Shown piece after piece: positions 18,797-28,226 of a DNA stretch of 64,000 bases. Source of the stretch: Pseudomonadota bacterium (GTDB lineage Bacteria > Pseudomonadota > Gammaproteobacteria > JAKAQQ01); the NCBI GenBank assembly GCA_021810635.1, contig JAJZIH010000009.1, positions 9,439 through 73,438 of the forward strand, given 5' to 3'. Positions within the stretch are counted from its first letter, which is position 1. Each line of letters opens with the position of its first letter. The translations under genes and the position numbers were made by a program. The notes beneath the pieces were generated by a model. It made no database searches. It was not told the origin of the DNA and saw only the letters and a program-made list of their open reading frames with translations.

Positions 18797-19788
18797 CGGA
18801 GCCGATCCGGTCCCCCATCGTTTTAAAGCCGGAATCCGCCCGGAGGGCGAGTCGCTCGCCGTCGCCCACCCGCCTGGACGGCATCCACCGGGTGGCGGTC
18901 CTCGCGGGCGGCCGTTCGGGCGAGCGCGCGATTTCCCTGGAAAGCGGACGCGCCGTGAGCGAAGCCTTGGCCGGAGCCGGCTTCGAGGTGTTCCGGTTCG
19001 ATCCAGCCGAGGCCGATTTTGTGGACCGGCTGCTCGCGGCGCACGTCGACTGCGCGTTCAACATCCTCCACGGCACGGGTGGGGAGGACGGAACGATCCA
19101 GGGATTGCTGGAGTCCATGCGCCTGCCGTATACCGGGAGCGGGGTGCTCGGTTCGGCCCTCAGCATGGACAAGTACCGTTCCAAGCTGTTATGGCAGGCG
19201 GCGGGTCTGCCCACCCCGCCCGGCATCCTCTGTCCGGCGGAAGGTCCGGCCGAACCCCCGTTCCCGCCGCCCTGGTGCGTCAAGCCGGCGGATCAGGGCT
19301 CGAGCCTCGGCGTGAGCCGGGTCGACGAGCCGTCCGGACTCGACGCAGCCTGTGCGCAGGCCCGCCGCTACTCTCCCCACACCCTCGTCGAACCCTGGAT
19401 CACGGGAGGGGAATACACGGTGGCCCTCGTGGGATCGTTGACCCTGCCCTCGATCCGGATCGAAACCAGCCGTGACTTCTATGACTACACGGCCAAGTAT
19501 TCGGACCCGCAGACCCGTTACCACTGTCCGTCCGGCTTCGATCCCGGACGGGAAGCGGCCCTCGGAGACCTGGCGCGGCGGGCGGCATCCTGCCTCGATG
19601 TCTCCGGGTGGTGCCGGGTCGACTTCCGGGTGACGCCGGATCTCCGGCCCTTCCTGATCGAGGTCAATACCCTGCCCGGCATGACCGGACACAGTCTCGT
19701 CCCCATGGCGGCACGCGCCCACGGTTGGGATTTCCCCCGGCTGTGTCTCGAAATCCTGGCCCACCGCCGGGGTGGGGAGTCGGCATGA
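18793..19788 (+). CDS. ddl: D-alanine--D-alanine ligase
   Basis: VAVLAGGRSGERAISLESG, HGTGGEDGTIQGLLE, EVNTLPGMT. ATGA overlap with murC. An unusual ~30-aa Ser/Pro/Arg-rich N-terminal extension appears if this start is used. Confidence 0.9.
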   Translation: MTEPIRSPIVLKPESARRASRSPSPTRLDGIHRVAVLAGGRSGERAISLESGRAVSEALAGAGFEVFRFDPAEADFVDRLLAAHVDCAFNILHGTGGEDGTIQGLLESMRLPYTGSGVLGSALSMDKYRSKLLWQAAGLPTPPGILCPAEGPAEPPFPPPWCVKPADQGSSLGVSRVDEPSGLDAACAQARRYSPHTLVEPWITGGEYTVALVGSLTLPSIRIETSRDFYDYTAKYSDPQTRYHCPSGFDPGREAALGDLARRAASCLDVSGWCRVDFRVTPDLRPFLIEVNTLPGMTGHSLVPMAARAHGWDFPRLCLEILAHRRGGESA

Positions 19789-20537
19789 GCGGGCGGCGCC
19801 GATCCGTCTCCCCTCCCCGCTCCCGGTGGGTCTGGCTGGCCGCGGGCCTCGTCGGGGCCGTGTTTCTGTTTGGGACGGTTCTGCGTTGGCGGGTCCCGTG
19901 GCCTGCCGGACCGCGGCTGGTCCACCGGATCGTACGGATCCGGGGACGGGAGATCACGGTTGCCCAGGTGAAAGCCGTCCTCAGGCCGGATTGGCGGGCC
20001 GGCTGGATCGGCTTTCCGATCAACCGGGCCGTGCGTCGACTCAAACGCATGCCGTGGGTCGCTCATGCCGCCATCCGACGGGTTTGGCCCGATACCCTGA
20101 TCATCACGGTCCGTGAGCAACGACCCGTCGCCCGCTGGGACCGCGAAGCACTGGTCAATGCCCGCGGCCGGCTGTTTTACCGGGGTCCCATTCCCAAGCG
20201 CTTCCGCCGTCTGCCCGAACTGTCCGGGGCGTCCGGCAGCCTGCCTGCGTTCGTGAAAATGGAGTTGACCTGTGCCCGAAGGCTCAACGGGGCCGGCGAG
20301 GGACTCCATTCGCTGGCCGAGAACCGGCGGGGGGGATTCCGCCTGCGTCTGGCCGGTGGCCCAGAACTCCGCCTCGGCCGGAAACGCAGCCGGGCCCTGC
20401 GGCACCTTGACCGGTTTCTCGAGGTGGTCCGTCCGGCCCTGGGACCCCGCCTGAACCGGGTGGCGTATGTCGACCTGCGCTACGTCAATGGCTTCGCCGT
20501 GGGCTGGCTCCATTCCACCGTTACCGAAATGCACTGA
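19785..20537 (+). CDS. ftsQ: Cell division protein FtsQ
   Basis: 250-aa bitopic protein with POTRA-like sequence (VRIRGREITVAQVKAVL...WVAHAAIRRVWPDTLIITVREQRPVARW). The ATG at 19785 overlaps the ddl stop. Confidence 0.9.
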   Translation: MSGRRRSVSPPRSRWVWLAAGLVGAVFLFGTVLRWRVPWPAGPRLVHRIVRIRGREITVAQVKAVLRPDWRAGWIGFPINRAVRRLKRMPWVAHAAIRRVWPDTLIITVREQRPVARWDREALVNARGRLFYRGPIPKRFRRLPELSGASGSLPAFVKMELTCARRLNGAGEGLHSLAENRRGGFRLRLAGGPELRLGRKRSRALRHLDRFLEVVRPALGPRLNRVAYVDLRYVNGFAVGWLHSTVTEMH

Positions 20538-20552
20538 ACCGAGGAGATCCGC

Positions 20553-21791
20553 ATGGCGAAAAAGTCCGACAAGAACCTGATCGTGGGCCTCGATATCGGA
20601 ACCTCGAAGGTGGTGGCCCTCGTGGGTGAACGCAATGCCGAGGGCCAGATCGAGGTGATCGGCATCGGGTCTCATCCTTCGCGTGGACTCAAGCGCGGTG
20701 TGGTCGTGAACATCGACTCGACCGTGCAGTCGATCGACCAGGCCGTCCGCGAGGCCGAGCTCATGACGGCGTGTTCAATTACCGAGGTCTATACCGGTAT
20801 CGCCGGCAGCCATGTGCGCAGCCTCAACTCCCATGGCATCGTGGCCATCCGGGATCAGGAGGTGACGCCGGAAGACGTGACACGCGTCATCGATGCCGCG
20901 CGGGCCGTGGCCATCCCGGCCGACCAGAAAGTTCTGCACGTCGTGCCCCAGGAGTTCATCGTCGACCAGCAGGGGGACGTGCGGGAACCGATCGGGATGT
21001 TCGGCGTGCGGCTCGAGGCCAAGGTCCATATCGTGACCGGCGCGGTTTCAGCGGCTCAGAACATCGTGAAATGCATCGAACGCTGCAACCTTTCGGTCCG
21101 TGGGATGGTGCTTGAACAGCTGGCTTCCGGGCTGGCCACACTGACCGACGATGAGAAGGAGCTCGGGGTAGCCCTGGTCGATATCGGCGGGGGGACCACC
21201 GATCTCGCGGTCTACGCGCACGGCGCGATCCGTCATACCGCCGTGATCCCGATCGCCGGCGACCAGGTCACGAACGACATCGCGATCACGCTGCGGACGC
21301 CGACTCACCATGCAGAGGAGATCAAATTGAGTTACGGCTGTGCCTTGGCGCAGCTCGCGAGCCCCGAGGAGACGATCGAGGTGCCGGGCGTGGGCGAGCG
21401 GGCTCCGCGCAAACTGGCCCGCCAGGCTCTGGCCGAGGTGATCCAGCCACGCTACGAGGAACTGTTTTCACTGATTCAGCACGAGATCCAGCGGGCCGGC
21501 TACGAGGATCTCATCCCGGCGGGAATCGTGCTGACGGGCGGGGCCTCCAAGATGGTGGGAGCCACGGAGCTTGCCGAGGAAGTTTTCCATGCTCCGGTGC
21601 GCTGCGGCGCTCCGAAGGCCGTGAGCGGTCTCCGGGAGGTGGTCTCCAATCCGATTTATTCAACCGCGGTGGGGCTGCTTTTGCATGCCGTGCGCGATGA
21701 GACGCTGGTCCACGGCGAGCGCGCGCACCTGCGGGACGATCTCGAGGGAGTCTGGGAACGGATGAAACAGTGGTTCCAGGGCAATTTCTGA
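20553..21791 (+). CDS. ftsA: Cell division protein FtsA
   Basis: LIVGLDIGTSKVVALVGE, VDIGGGTTDLAV, actin-like fold motifs. Position before ftsZ. Confidence 0.95.
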   Translation: MAKKSDKNLIVGLDIGTSKVVALVGERNAEGQIEVIGIGSHPSRGLKRGVVVNIDSTVQSIDQAVREAELMTACSITEVYTGIAGSHVRSLNSHGIVAIRDQEVTPEDVTRVIDAARAVAIPADQKVLHVVPQEFIVDQQGDVREPIGMFGVRLEAKVHIVTGAVSAAQNIVKCIERCNLSVRGMVLEQLASGLATLTDDEKELGVALVDIGGGTTDLAVYAHGAIRHTAVIPIAGDQVTNDIAITLRTPTHHAEEIKLSYGCALAQLASPEETIEVPGVGERAPRKLARQALAEVIQPRYEELFSLIQHEIQRAGYEDLIPAGIVLTGGASKMVGATELAEEVFHAPVRCGAPKAVSGLREVVSNPIYSTAVGLLLHAVRDETLVHGERAHLRDDLEGVWERMKQWFQGNF

Positions 21792-21860
21792 TGAGGGCCA
21801 CGGGATGGGTACCGGAACGGGAGTGCAGTCCAAATCCATGTCAACGAAGAGGTAACGGTC

Positions 21861-23030
21861 ATGAGTCATTTTGAAATGGTCGATGGGATGACCCAGGATG
21901 CGGTCATCAAGGTGATGGGTATCGGTGGCGGAGGCGGCAATGCGGTCCACCACATGCTCGCCATGGGCATCAAGGGAGTCGAGTTCATCTGTGTCAATAC
22001 GGATGCCCAGGCCCTACGCCACACCGAGGCACGGCTGCCGCTGCAGATCGGTTCCAACCTGACCCGCGGGCTCGGCGCTGGCTCGAACCCGGACATCGGG
22101 AGACAGGCGGCACTCGAGGACCGGGAGCGGCTTCAGGAGGTGATCCGCGGCACGGATCTCCTGTTCGTGACCGCCTGCATGGGTGGGGGGACAGGCACCG
22201 GGGCGGCCCCGGTCATCGCCCAGATCGCCAAGGAGATGGGAGTGCTCGTCGTAGCGGTCGTGACCAAGCCTTTTGCCTTCGAAGGCTCCCGCCGCATGAC
22301 GATTGCCCAGCAAGGCATCGCCGAGCTCAATCGGTCGGTCGACTCCCTGATTACGGTACCGAACGAGAAGCTGCTGAGCGTCGTTGGCGCCGAGATTCCG
22401 CTGCTCGAGGCGTTCAAGATCGCGAACGGGGTTCTGGTCGGCGCCGTCCAAGGCATTGCGGAACTGATCACCCGCCCCGGAACCATCAATCTCGACTTTG
22501 CCGATGTACGGACCGTCATGTCGGAGATGGGGACGGCCATGATGGGGACCGGCCGGGGTCAGGGTGAGAAACGGGCCCGCGAAGCAGTCGAACAGGCGGT
22601 GGCCAGTCCCCTGCTCGAGGAGTGCGACCTGTCGGGGGCGAAAGGACTTCTCGTCAACGTGACGGTCGGTGAAGAGCCCGGGCTCAGTCTGGGCGAGTTC
22701 CAGGAAGTCGGGGACTATGTTCGTCACCTCGCTTCGGACGATGCCGTCGTCAAGATTGGGACCGTGGTGGATCCCGCACTGGTCGGGGAGCTCCGGGTCA
22801 CCGTGGTCGTGACGGGCATCAACTCGCCGCATCGCCAGGCCCCGATCTCGGTCGAGGTGCCGAAAGAGCAACAACCGCGGGTCGTGAATGGCCCCCGGCA
22901 TCCCGTGAACTATTCGGAACTCGACCCACCGACCATCAAGCGCAAGAAGCCCCAGGGGGTTCCGCCCACCCTTTACGAGGAGGAGGTGCTGTCGGACATT
23001 CCGGCGTTCTTGCGGCGGCAGGCCGACTGA
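21861..23030 (+). CDS. ftsZ: Cell division GTPase FtsZ
   Basis: GIGGGGGNAV, tubulin signature GGGTGTGAAPV, NLDFADVRTVM, conserved C-terminal peptide DIPAFLRRQ. Confidence 0.97.
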   Translation: MSHFEMVDGMTQDAVIKVMGIGGGGGNAVHHMLAMGIKGVEFICVNTDAQALRHTEARLPLQIGSNLTRGLGAGSNPDIGRQAALEDRERLQEVIRGTDLLFVTACMGGGTGTGAAPVIAQIAKEMGVLVVAVVTKPFAFEGSRRMTIAQQGIAELNRSVDSLITVPNEKLLSVVGAEIPLLEAFKIANGVLVGAVQGIAELITRPGTINLDFADVRTVMSEMGTAMMGTGRGQGEKRAREAVEQAVASPLLEECDLSGAKGLLVNVTVGEEPGLSLGEFQEVGDYVRHLASDDAVVKIGTVVDPALVGELRVTVVVTGINSPHRQAPISVEVPKEQQPRVVNGPRHPVNYSELDPPTIKRKKPQGVPPTLYEEEVLSDIPAFLRRQAD

Positions 23031-23158
23031 CCGGCGGGCCGCGCGTGGGCTTCCGGCAGCGGGTGTGATAACATGCAAACCCCTGCCCGGAAGAGGGAGG
23101 GCGGCGTCTGGTTGTGCCCCGGCCGGCCGGGCGCTTGTTCCGTTTGAGGACCACGCGC

Positions 23159-24073
23159 ATGCTTCAGCAACGTACACTCCGCAACAGCATTAAGGCCACC
23201 GGCGTCGGGCTGCACACCGGCGTCAAGGTCTACATGTGCCTGAGGCCCGCGGCGCCTAACACCGGGATCCGCTTCCGGCGGGTCGACCTCCCGGAACCGG
23301 TCGAAATCCCGGCGAACGGCCTGCAGGTCGGCGAGACGACGCTCGGGACCACCCTCGTCCACAACTCCGCCAAGGTGGCGACCGTGGAACACCTCATGGC
23401 GGCATTTGCCGGTCTCGGGATCGACAATGCCTACGTCGACCTCAGCGCGCCCGAAGTGCCGATCATGGACGGCAGCGCGGGACCCTTCGTCTTTCTGATC
23501 CAGTCGGCCGGCATCGAGCTGCAGCCGGCACCCAAGAAGTTCATCCGCCTGCTCAAGCCCCTCGAAGCCCGCCAGGAGGACAAATGGGGGCGCCTCGAAC
23601 CCTATGACGGTTTCCGCGTGAACGTCGAGATCGATTTCGACCACCCGGTTTTCCGGCGTCACTCGCAGCAGGCGACCGTGGATTTTTCAACGACCTCCTT
23701 CGTGAAGGAAGTCAGCCGCGCACGCACCTTCGGTTTCCTCCGGGACCTTGAGCTCCTGCGCATGCGCCAGCTCTCGCTCGGGGCCTCGTTGGACAACGCC
23801 ATTGCCATCGACGACTACCGGATCCTGAATGAGGACGGCCTGCGCTACGAGGACGAGTTCGTCAAGCACAAGATTCTCGATGCGATCGGCGACCTCTATC
23901 TGCTGGGCCACAGCCTGATCGGTGCCTATACCGCCTACAAGTGTGGGCATGGCATCAACAACGCCATGGTCCGAGCCCTGTTGGCCGAGCCGGAAGCCTG
24001 GGAAGAAGTCACCTTCGAGGACAGCGAGCGTTCCCCCATCTTCTATCTCAACCCGGCACACGCGGCGGCCTGA
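23159..24073 (+). CDS. lpxC: UDP-3-O-acyl-GlcNAc deacetylase
   Basis: [52 protein letters not shown] prefer the ATG at 23159 over the longest-ORF start at 23114 because it gives the canonical N-terminus. Confidence 0.95.
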   Translation: MLQQRTLRNSIKATGVGLHTGVKVYMCLRPAAPNTGIRFRRVDLPEPVEIPANGLQVGETTLGTTLVHNSAKVATVEHLMAAFAGLGIDNAYVDLSAPEVPIMDGSAGPFVFLIQSAGIELQPAPKKFIRLLKPLEARQEDKWGRLEPYDGFRVNVEIDFDHPVFRRHSQQATVDFSTTSFVKEVSRARTFGFLRDLELLRMRQLSLGASLDNAIAIDDYRILNEDGLRYEDEFVKHKILDAIGDLYLLGHSLIGAYTAYKCGHGINNAMVRALLAEPEAWEEVTFEDSERSPIFYLNPAHAAA

Positions 24074-24105
24074 AGGTTCGACCCGTTGCACCCCCCCGAT
24101 CCGGT

Positions 24106-24450
24106 TCAGGAAAATTGGAATGGCCCACCGGAGGACGGCGGGGCAACCATGACCCGGAACTGGCGGAGGGGGCGGTCCGCCGAGGCGGAAGCCGTTTCGA
24201 GGAGCGTGACTTGCATAAAACGGAACCGGGTAGCCCAGCCCGGGCTGTCCGTGACCACGCAGAGCAGGTCCCCGTGGGCCACGGCCCACAGGCAGTGGGT
24301 GGCGAGATCCGCTTCGAGACATCCGCGCAACTGCCGGGTCAGACGCAGCGCATCGTCGCTGAGAGCCGACAGGGAGAGGCCCCCGAGCCGGACTCCCGCG
24401 AGGACCCCGGTCAGGGCGGCCGGAACGGATTTTTCGCCGGACGGATCCAT
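24106..24450 (-). CDS. DUF721/DciA-like protein (tentative)
   Basis: Small basic ORF between lpxC and the M23/secA genes, a position where DUF721 genes sit in several proteobacteria (memory). The core ...HCLWAVAHGDLLCVVTDSPGWATRFRF... resembles the DUF721 'strand + awa.rLr' pattern. Start is uncertain (24450, 24456 or 24489). Confidence 0.5.
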   Translation of the reverse strand: MDPSGEKSVPAALTGVLAGVRLGGLSLSALSDDALRLTRQLRGCLEADLATHCLWAVAHGDLLCVVTDSPGWATRFRFMQVTLLETASASADRPLRQFRVMVAPPSSGGPFQFS

Positions 24451-24478
24451 GAGGACCCTCCGTTGAGGGGCGGTTGAC

Positions 24479-25402
24479 ATGCACATCATACTGGTGCGAT
24501 CGAATGCCCGTTCCGCAACGGTGCGGTGGGGCTGGAGGGCCGGCTTCCTGGCCGCTCTTACGGCCCTCGTGCTGGGCAGCGCCTTTGTCGCGGCTGGCTA
24601 TGAAGGGGCCCGTGCCGGCGGGTCGGAGGCGCCGGGACTGGTCAGGCACTGGCGTCGGCGCCTCGCCACTGAGGCGGCGTCACTCCGGACCCTGCGCCAG
24701 GAGAACCGTTCGGAAGTGGATGCCTTGGCCCAGCGGGTCGCCGGGCTCGAGGCCCGCATGAGCGAGATCGACGCGCTTGGTGCGGTGCTCACCCAGCGAG
24801 CCGGGGTCAGCCCGAAACTCTTTGATTTCAACGCCCCGGTGCCCGAGGGGGGGCCCTCGAACCGCTCCCGCGAGGTGCCGCTGTCGGCCCGCCAACTGTC
24901 CTGGAGGATCAGCCATCTCGCCGACCGGATCGGCGCCCAGCGGCTGGCCCTCCGGTCGCTCAACCGGCGAGTCGCGGAGACCCGTCTCCGGCACCAGATC
25001 GTGCCCGAAGGACATCCGGTCCGGGACTTCTGGGTCTCCTCGCCCTTCGGCTGGCGCATCGATCCCATCACGGGACGGCTCGAGTTCCACGAAGGGATCG
25101 ACCTCGCGGCGCCGGCAGGGGAACCGATCCATGCGGTGGCAGCCGGGGTCGTGACCTGGGCCGGACCGCGCTACGGCTTCGGCAATATCGTGATCGTGAA
25201 CGACGGACAGGGCTATACCACTTACTATGCCCACTGCGAGAAGGTATTCGTCAAGGTGGGGCAGGTGATTCGGCGGGGAACCGTCATCGCGCTGGTGGGG
25301 GATACCGGGATGTCGACCGGGCCCCATGTCCATTTCGAAGTGCTTCGCGATGACCGGCCGCTTAACCCGGCTCCGTTCGTCTTCTCCTCGCGCGGCGATT
25401 GA
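24479..25402 (+). CDS. M23-family peptidoglycan metalloendopeptidase with N-terminal anchor and coiled coil
   Basis: LytM-domain motifs HEGIDLAAPAGEPIHAVAAGVV, GNIVIVNDGQGYTTYYAH and GDTGMSTGPHVHFEV. Confidence 0.9.
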   Translation: MHIILVRSNARSATVRWGWRAGFLAALTALVLGSAFVAAGYEGARAGGSEAPGLVRHWRRRLATEAASLRTLRQENRSEVDALAQRVAGLEARMSEIDALGAVLTQRAGVSPKLFDFNAPVPEGGPSNRSREVPLSARQLSWRISHLADRIGAQRLALRSLNRRVAETRLRHQIVPEGHPVRDFWVSSPFGWRIDPITGRLEFHEGIDLAAPAGEPIHAVAAGVVTWAGPRYGFGNIVIVNDGQGYTTYYAHCEKVFVKVGQVIRRGTVIALVGDTGMSTGPHVHFEVLRDDRPLNPAPFVFSSRGD

Positions 25403-25483
25403 GGTCCGGGTGGCATAATTGACCGCTTGGATTCCGGGGGGCGGATCCTCCGCACACCCCGGCTACGCCCGGAGCCCTGAGAC

Positions 25484-28183
25484 ATGATGCGAACGCTGGC
25501 CCACAAGGTTTTTGGCAGCCGCAACGAGCGGGTGATCGGCCGTCTCAGCCGGCAGGTCGCTGCCATCAACGCCCTGGAGTCCCGCTGCCAGGCTCTCCGC
25601 GACGAGGACCTGCCGGCCGAGACGGCTGCGCTCAAAGCCCGCCACGCGGCCGGAGAGTCCCTGGTGAAGCTCCTGCCCGAGGCGTTTGCGCTCATGCGGG
25701 AGGCGGCACGGCGGACGATTGGTCTGCGACCGTTCGACGTCCAGCTCATCGGGGGCATGGTACTGCATGACGGAAGGATCGCCGAGATGGCGACGGGCGA
25801 GGGGAAGACCCTGGTGGCCACCCTCCCGGTCTATCTCAACGCGCTGACCGGGAAAGGAGTCCACCTCGTCACCGTCAACGAGTATCTGGCCAACCGCGAT
25901 GCGCAGTGGATGCGCCCGGCCTACGAGGCTTTGGGACTCTCGGTCGGGATCATCCACTCGGACCAGCCGCTTGAAGAAAAACAGGCCGCCTATCGGACCG
26001 ATGTCGTCTACGGAACCAACCACGAGTTCGTGTTCGACTACCTGCGCGACAACATGGCCTTTGAGGCGGCTGAGCGAGTGCAACGGAAGCTTCACTATGC
26101 GATCGTCGACGAGGTCGACTCCATCCTCATCGACGAGGCCCGGACCCCGCTCATCATCTCGGGTCCGGTCGAGGAGGACACCGACCTTTATGCCGTGATC
26201 GACCGTCTTGCCCGCCGTCTGACCCCGCAGCGCGAGGCCGAAGGCCCGGGCGACTTCGAGATCGACGAAAAGACCAAGCAAGTCTACCTCACCGAAAGCG
26301 GCCACCATGCCTTCGAGAAACTTCTGCTCGAGGCTCGGCAAATCGCTCCCGGGGAAAGCCTTTACGAGCCTCAGAACCTCAAGTTCATGCACTACGTCCA
26401 AGCGGCGCTCCGTGCCCAGCACCTCTTCAAGCGCGAGGTGGATTATATCGTCCGCGATGGCGAGATCGTGATCGTGGATGAGTTTACGGGACGCACGATG
26501 GAGGGACGGCGCTGGTCCGATGGGCTGCATCAGGCGATCGAGGCCAAGGAGGGACTCCGGGTCCAGGCTGAAAACCAGACGATGGCCTCGATCACCTACC
26601 AGAATTTTTTCCGTCTCTACGAAAAGCTCGCCGGGATGACGGGTACGGCCGATACCGAGGCTTACGAGTTTCTCGACATCTACCGGCTTGAGGTGGTGGT
26701 GGTCCCGACCCACCGGCCGATGATCCGGAATGACTACCCGGATCTCGTCTACCTCGGCAAGAAGCGAAAGTTCGAGGCGATCGTCGAGGACATCGTGGAG
26801 CGCCACGGGCGGCGGCAGCCGGTTCTGGTCGGCACAACCTCCATCGAAAACTCGGAATACCTGTCGGAGATGCTCAAACGCCGGCAGATCCCGCACGCGG
26901 TGCTCAATGCGAAGCAGCACGAGCGCGAAGCCGAGATCATTGCGCAGGCCGGACGGCCCGGCACCGTGACCATCGCGACCAACATGGCCGGCCGGGGAAC
27001 CGATATCGTCCTGGGGGGCAACCTGAGCCTGGAACTGGCCGGGCTCCAGGACCGTCCCGAGGAAGCGGTGCGGGCACGGACCGCCTGGGAGGAACGCCAT
27101 ACCGCAGTGCTGGCGGCCGGCGGACTGGCCATCGTCGGGTCCGAGCGCCATGAATCGCGGCGGATTGACAACCAGCTGCGCGGCCGTGCCGGACGCCAGG
27201 GCGACCCGGGAGACAGCCGGTTCTACCTGTCCCTCGAGGATGATCTCATGAGGATCTTCGCGGCCGACCGTCTCAAGGGGCTCATGGGCAAGCTCGGCAT
27301 GCAGGACGACGAGGCTTTGGAGCACCCCTGGGTCACGCGGACCATCGAGAACGCCCAGCGCAAGGTCGAAGCCCATAACTACGACATGCGCAAGCAGCTG
27401 CTGGAGTATGACGACGTCGCCAACGAGCAGAGGCGTCTGGTCTACCAGCAGCGCAACAGCCTGCTCGACGCCAGCGACGTGATGGATTCGGTGCGTGGGA
27501 TGCAGATCCAGGTCATCGAGCGGCTGCTCGATCCTTTGATCCTGCCCGGCACCCAGGCGGAACACTGGGAGCTCGGTACCCTCGAGGAGGATCTCAAGCG
27601 CGATTTCGACCTTCGCTTTCCGCTCGCCCCCTGGATCGAAGCCCATCCGGAGGAAGGCCGGGAGGCACTCGCCCGGGATCTCGTGGCCGGCCTCGAAGCG
27701 GCCTGGGAGGAAAAGGTGCGGGTCCTCGGGACGGAGGAGATGAACCGCTTCGCCCGCCAGGTCATGCTCATGACGCTCGACGAACTCTGGAAGGAGCACC
27801 TCGCGGCCATGGAATACCTGCGCCAGGGCATCCATCTCCGGGGTTATGCCCAGGTCGATCCCAAGCAGGCCTACAAGAGCGAGGCCTTCTCGATGTTCAC
27901 CCAGCTCTTGGACCGGATCCAATTCGATACCGTGAGTGTGCTCGCCAAGGTCGAGATCCGGGCGCCGGAGGAAGTGGCGGCTCTGGAACGAAAGCGGCGG
28001 CGGGCGCAGAACTGGCAGCTCGGGCAGGCCCGGATGGACGGCGGGGGGGAGGACGACGGACCCGCTCCTCCGGCGCAGACGCCTTTCGTGCGGACCGGCC
28101 GCAAGGTCGGACGCAACGAACCCTGCCCGTGCGGATCGGGGCTCAAGTACAAGAACTGTCACGGGCGGATCCAGGATTTGTAA
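25484..28183 (+). CDS. secA: Preprotein translocase ATPase SecA
   Basis: FGSRNERV, MATGEGKTLVATLP, DEVDSILIDEARTPLIISG, TNMAGRGTDI, C-terminal zinc motif CPCGSGLKYKNCHG. Confidence 0.98.
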   Translation: MMRTLAHKVFGSRNERVIGRLSRQVAAINALESRCQALRDEDLPAETAALKARHAAGESLVKLLPEAFALMREAARRTIGLRPFDVQLIGGMVLHDGRIAEMATGEGKTLVATLPVYLNALTGKGVHLVTVNEYLANRDAQWMRPAYEALGLSVGIIHSDQPLEEKQAAYRTDVVYGTNHEFVFDYLRDNMAFEAAERVQRKLHYAIVDEVDSILIDEARTPLIISGPVEEDTDLYAVIDRLARRLTPQREAEGPGDFEIDEKTKQVYLTESGHHAFEKLLLEARQIAPGESLYEPQNLKFMHYVQAALRAQHLFKREVDYIVRDGEIVIVDEFTGRTMEGRRWSDGLHQAIEAKEGLRVQAENQTMASITYQNFFRLYEKLAGMTGTADTEAYEFLDIYRLEVVVVPTHRPMIRNDYPDLVYLGKKRKFEAIVEDIVERHGRRQPVLVGTTSIENSEYLSEMLKRRQIPHAVLNAKQHEREAEIIAQAGRPGTVTIATNMAGRGTDIVLGGNLSLELAGLQDRPEEAVRARTAWEERHTAVLAAGGLAIVGSERHESRRIDNQLRGRAGRQGDPGDSRFYLSLEDDLMRIFAADRLKGLMGKLGMQDDEALEHPWVTRTIENAQRKVEAHNYDMRKQLLEYDDVANEQRRLVYQQRNSLLDASDVMDSVRGMQIQVIERLLDPLILPGTQAEHWELGTLEEDLKRDFDLRFPLAPWIEAHPEEGREALARDLVAGLEAAWEEKVRVLGTEEMNRFARQVMLMTLDELWKEHLAAMEYLRQGIHLRGYAQVDPKQAYKSEAFSMFTQLLDRIQFDTVSVLAKVEIRAPEEVAALERKRRRAQNWQLGQARMDGGGEDDGPAPPAQTPFVRTGRKVGRNEPCPCGSGLKYKNCHGRIQDL

Positions 28184-28226
28184 GGATTGCACTGGGGGTG
28201 GATCGAACGCCGGCGAACGGCGGGAG

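Noticed and set aside
27936-28226. Longest-ORF N-terminal extension of the MutT-ThiE-like gene (start 27936) and similar extensions at ftsI (7853), murD (13717), ftsW (15005), coaE (31979), liuB (46224), thiolase (47515), ADH (54460) and PRT (55895)
   Set aside because: Each extension runs through the 3' end of the upstream gene in another frame. Internal starts placed at or just after the upstream stop (often ATGA/GTGA) give canonical N-termini and protein lengths.
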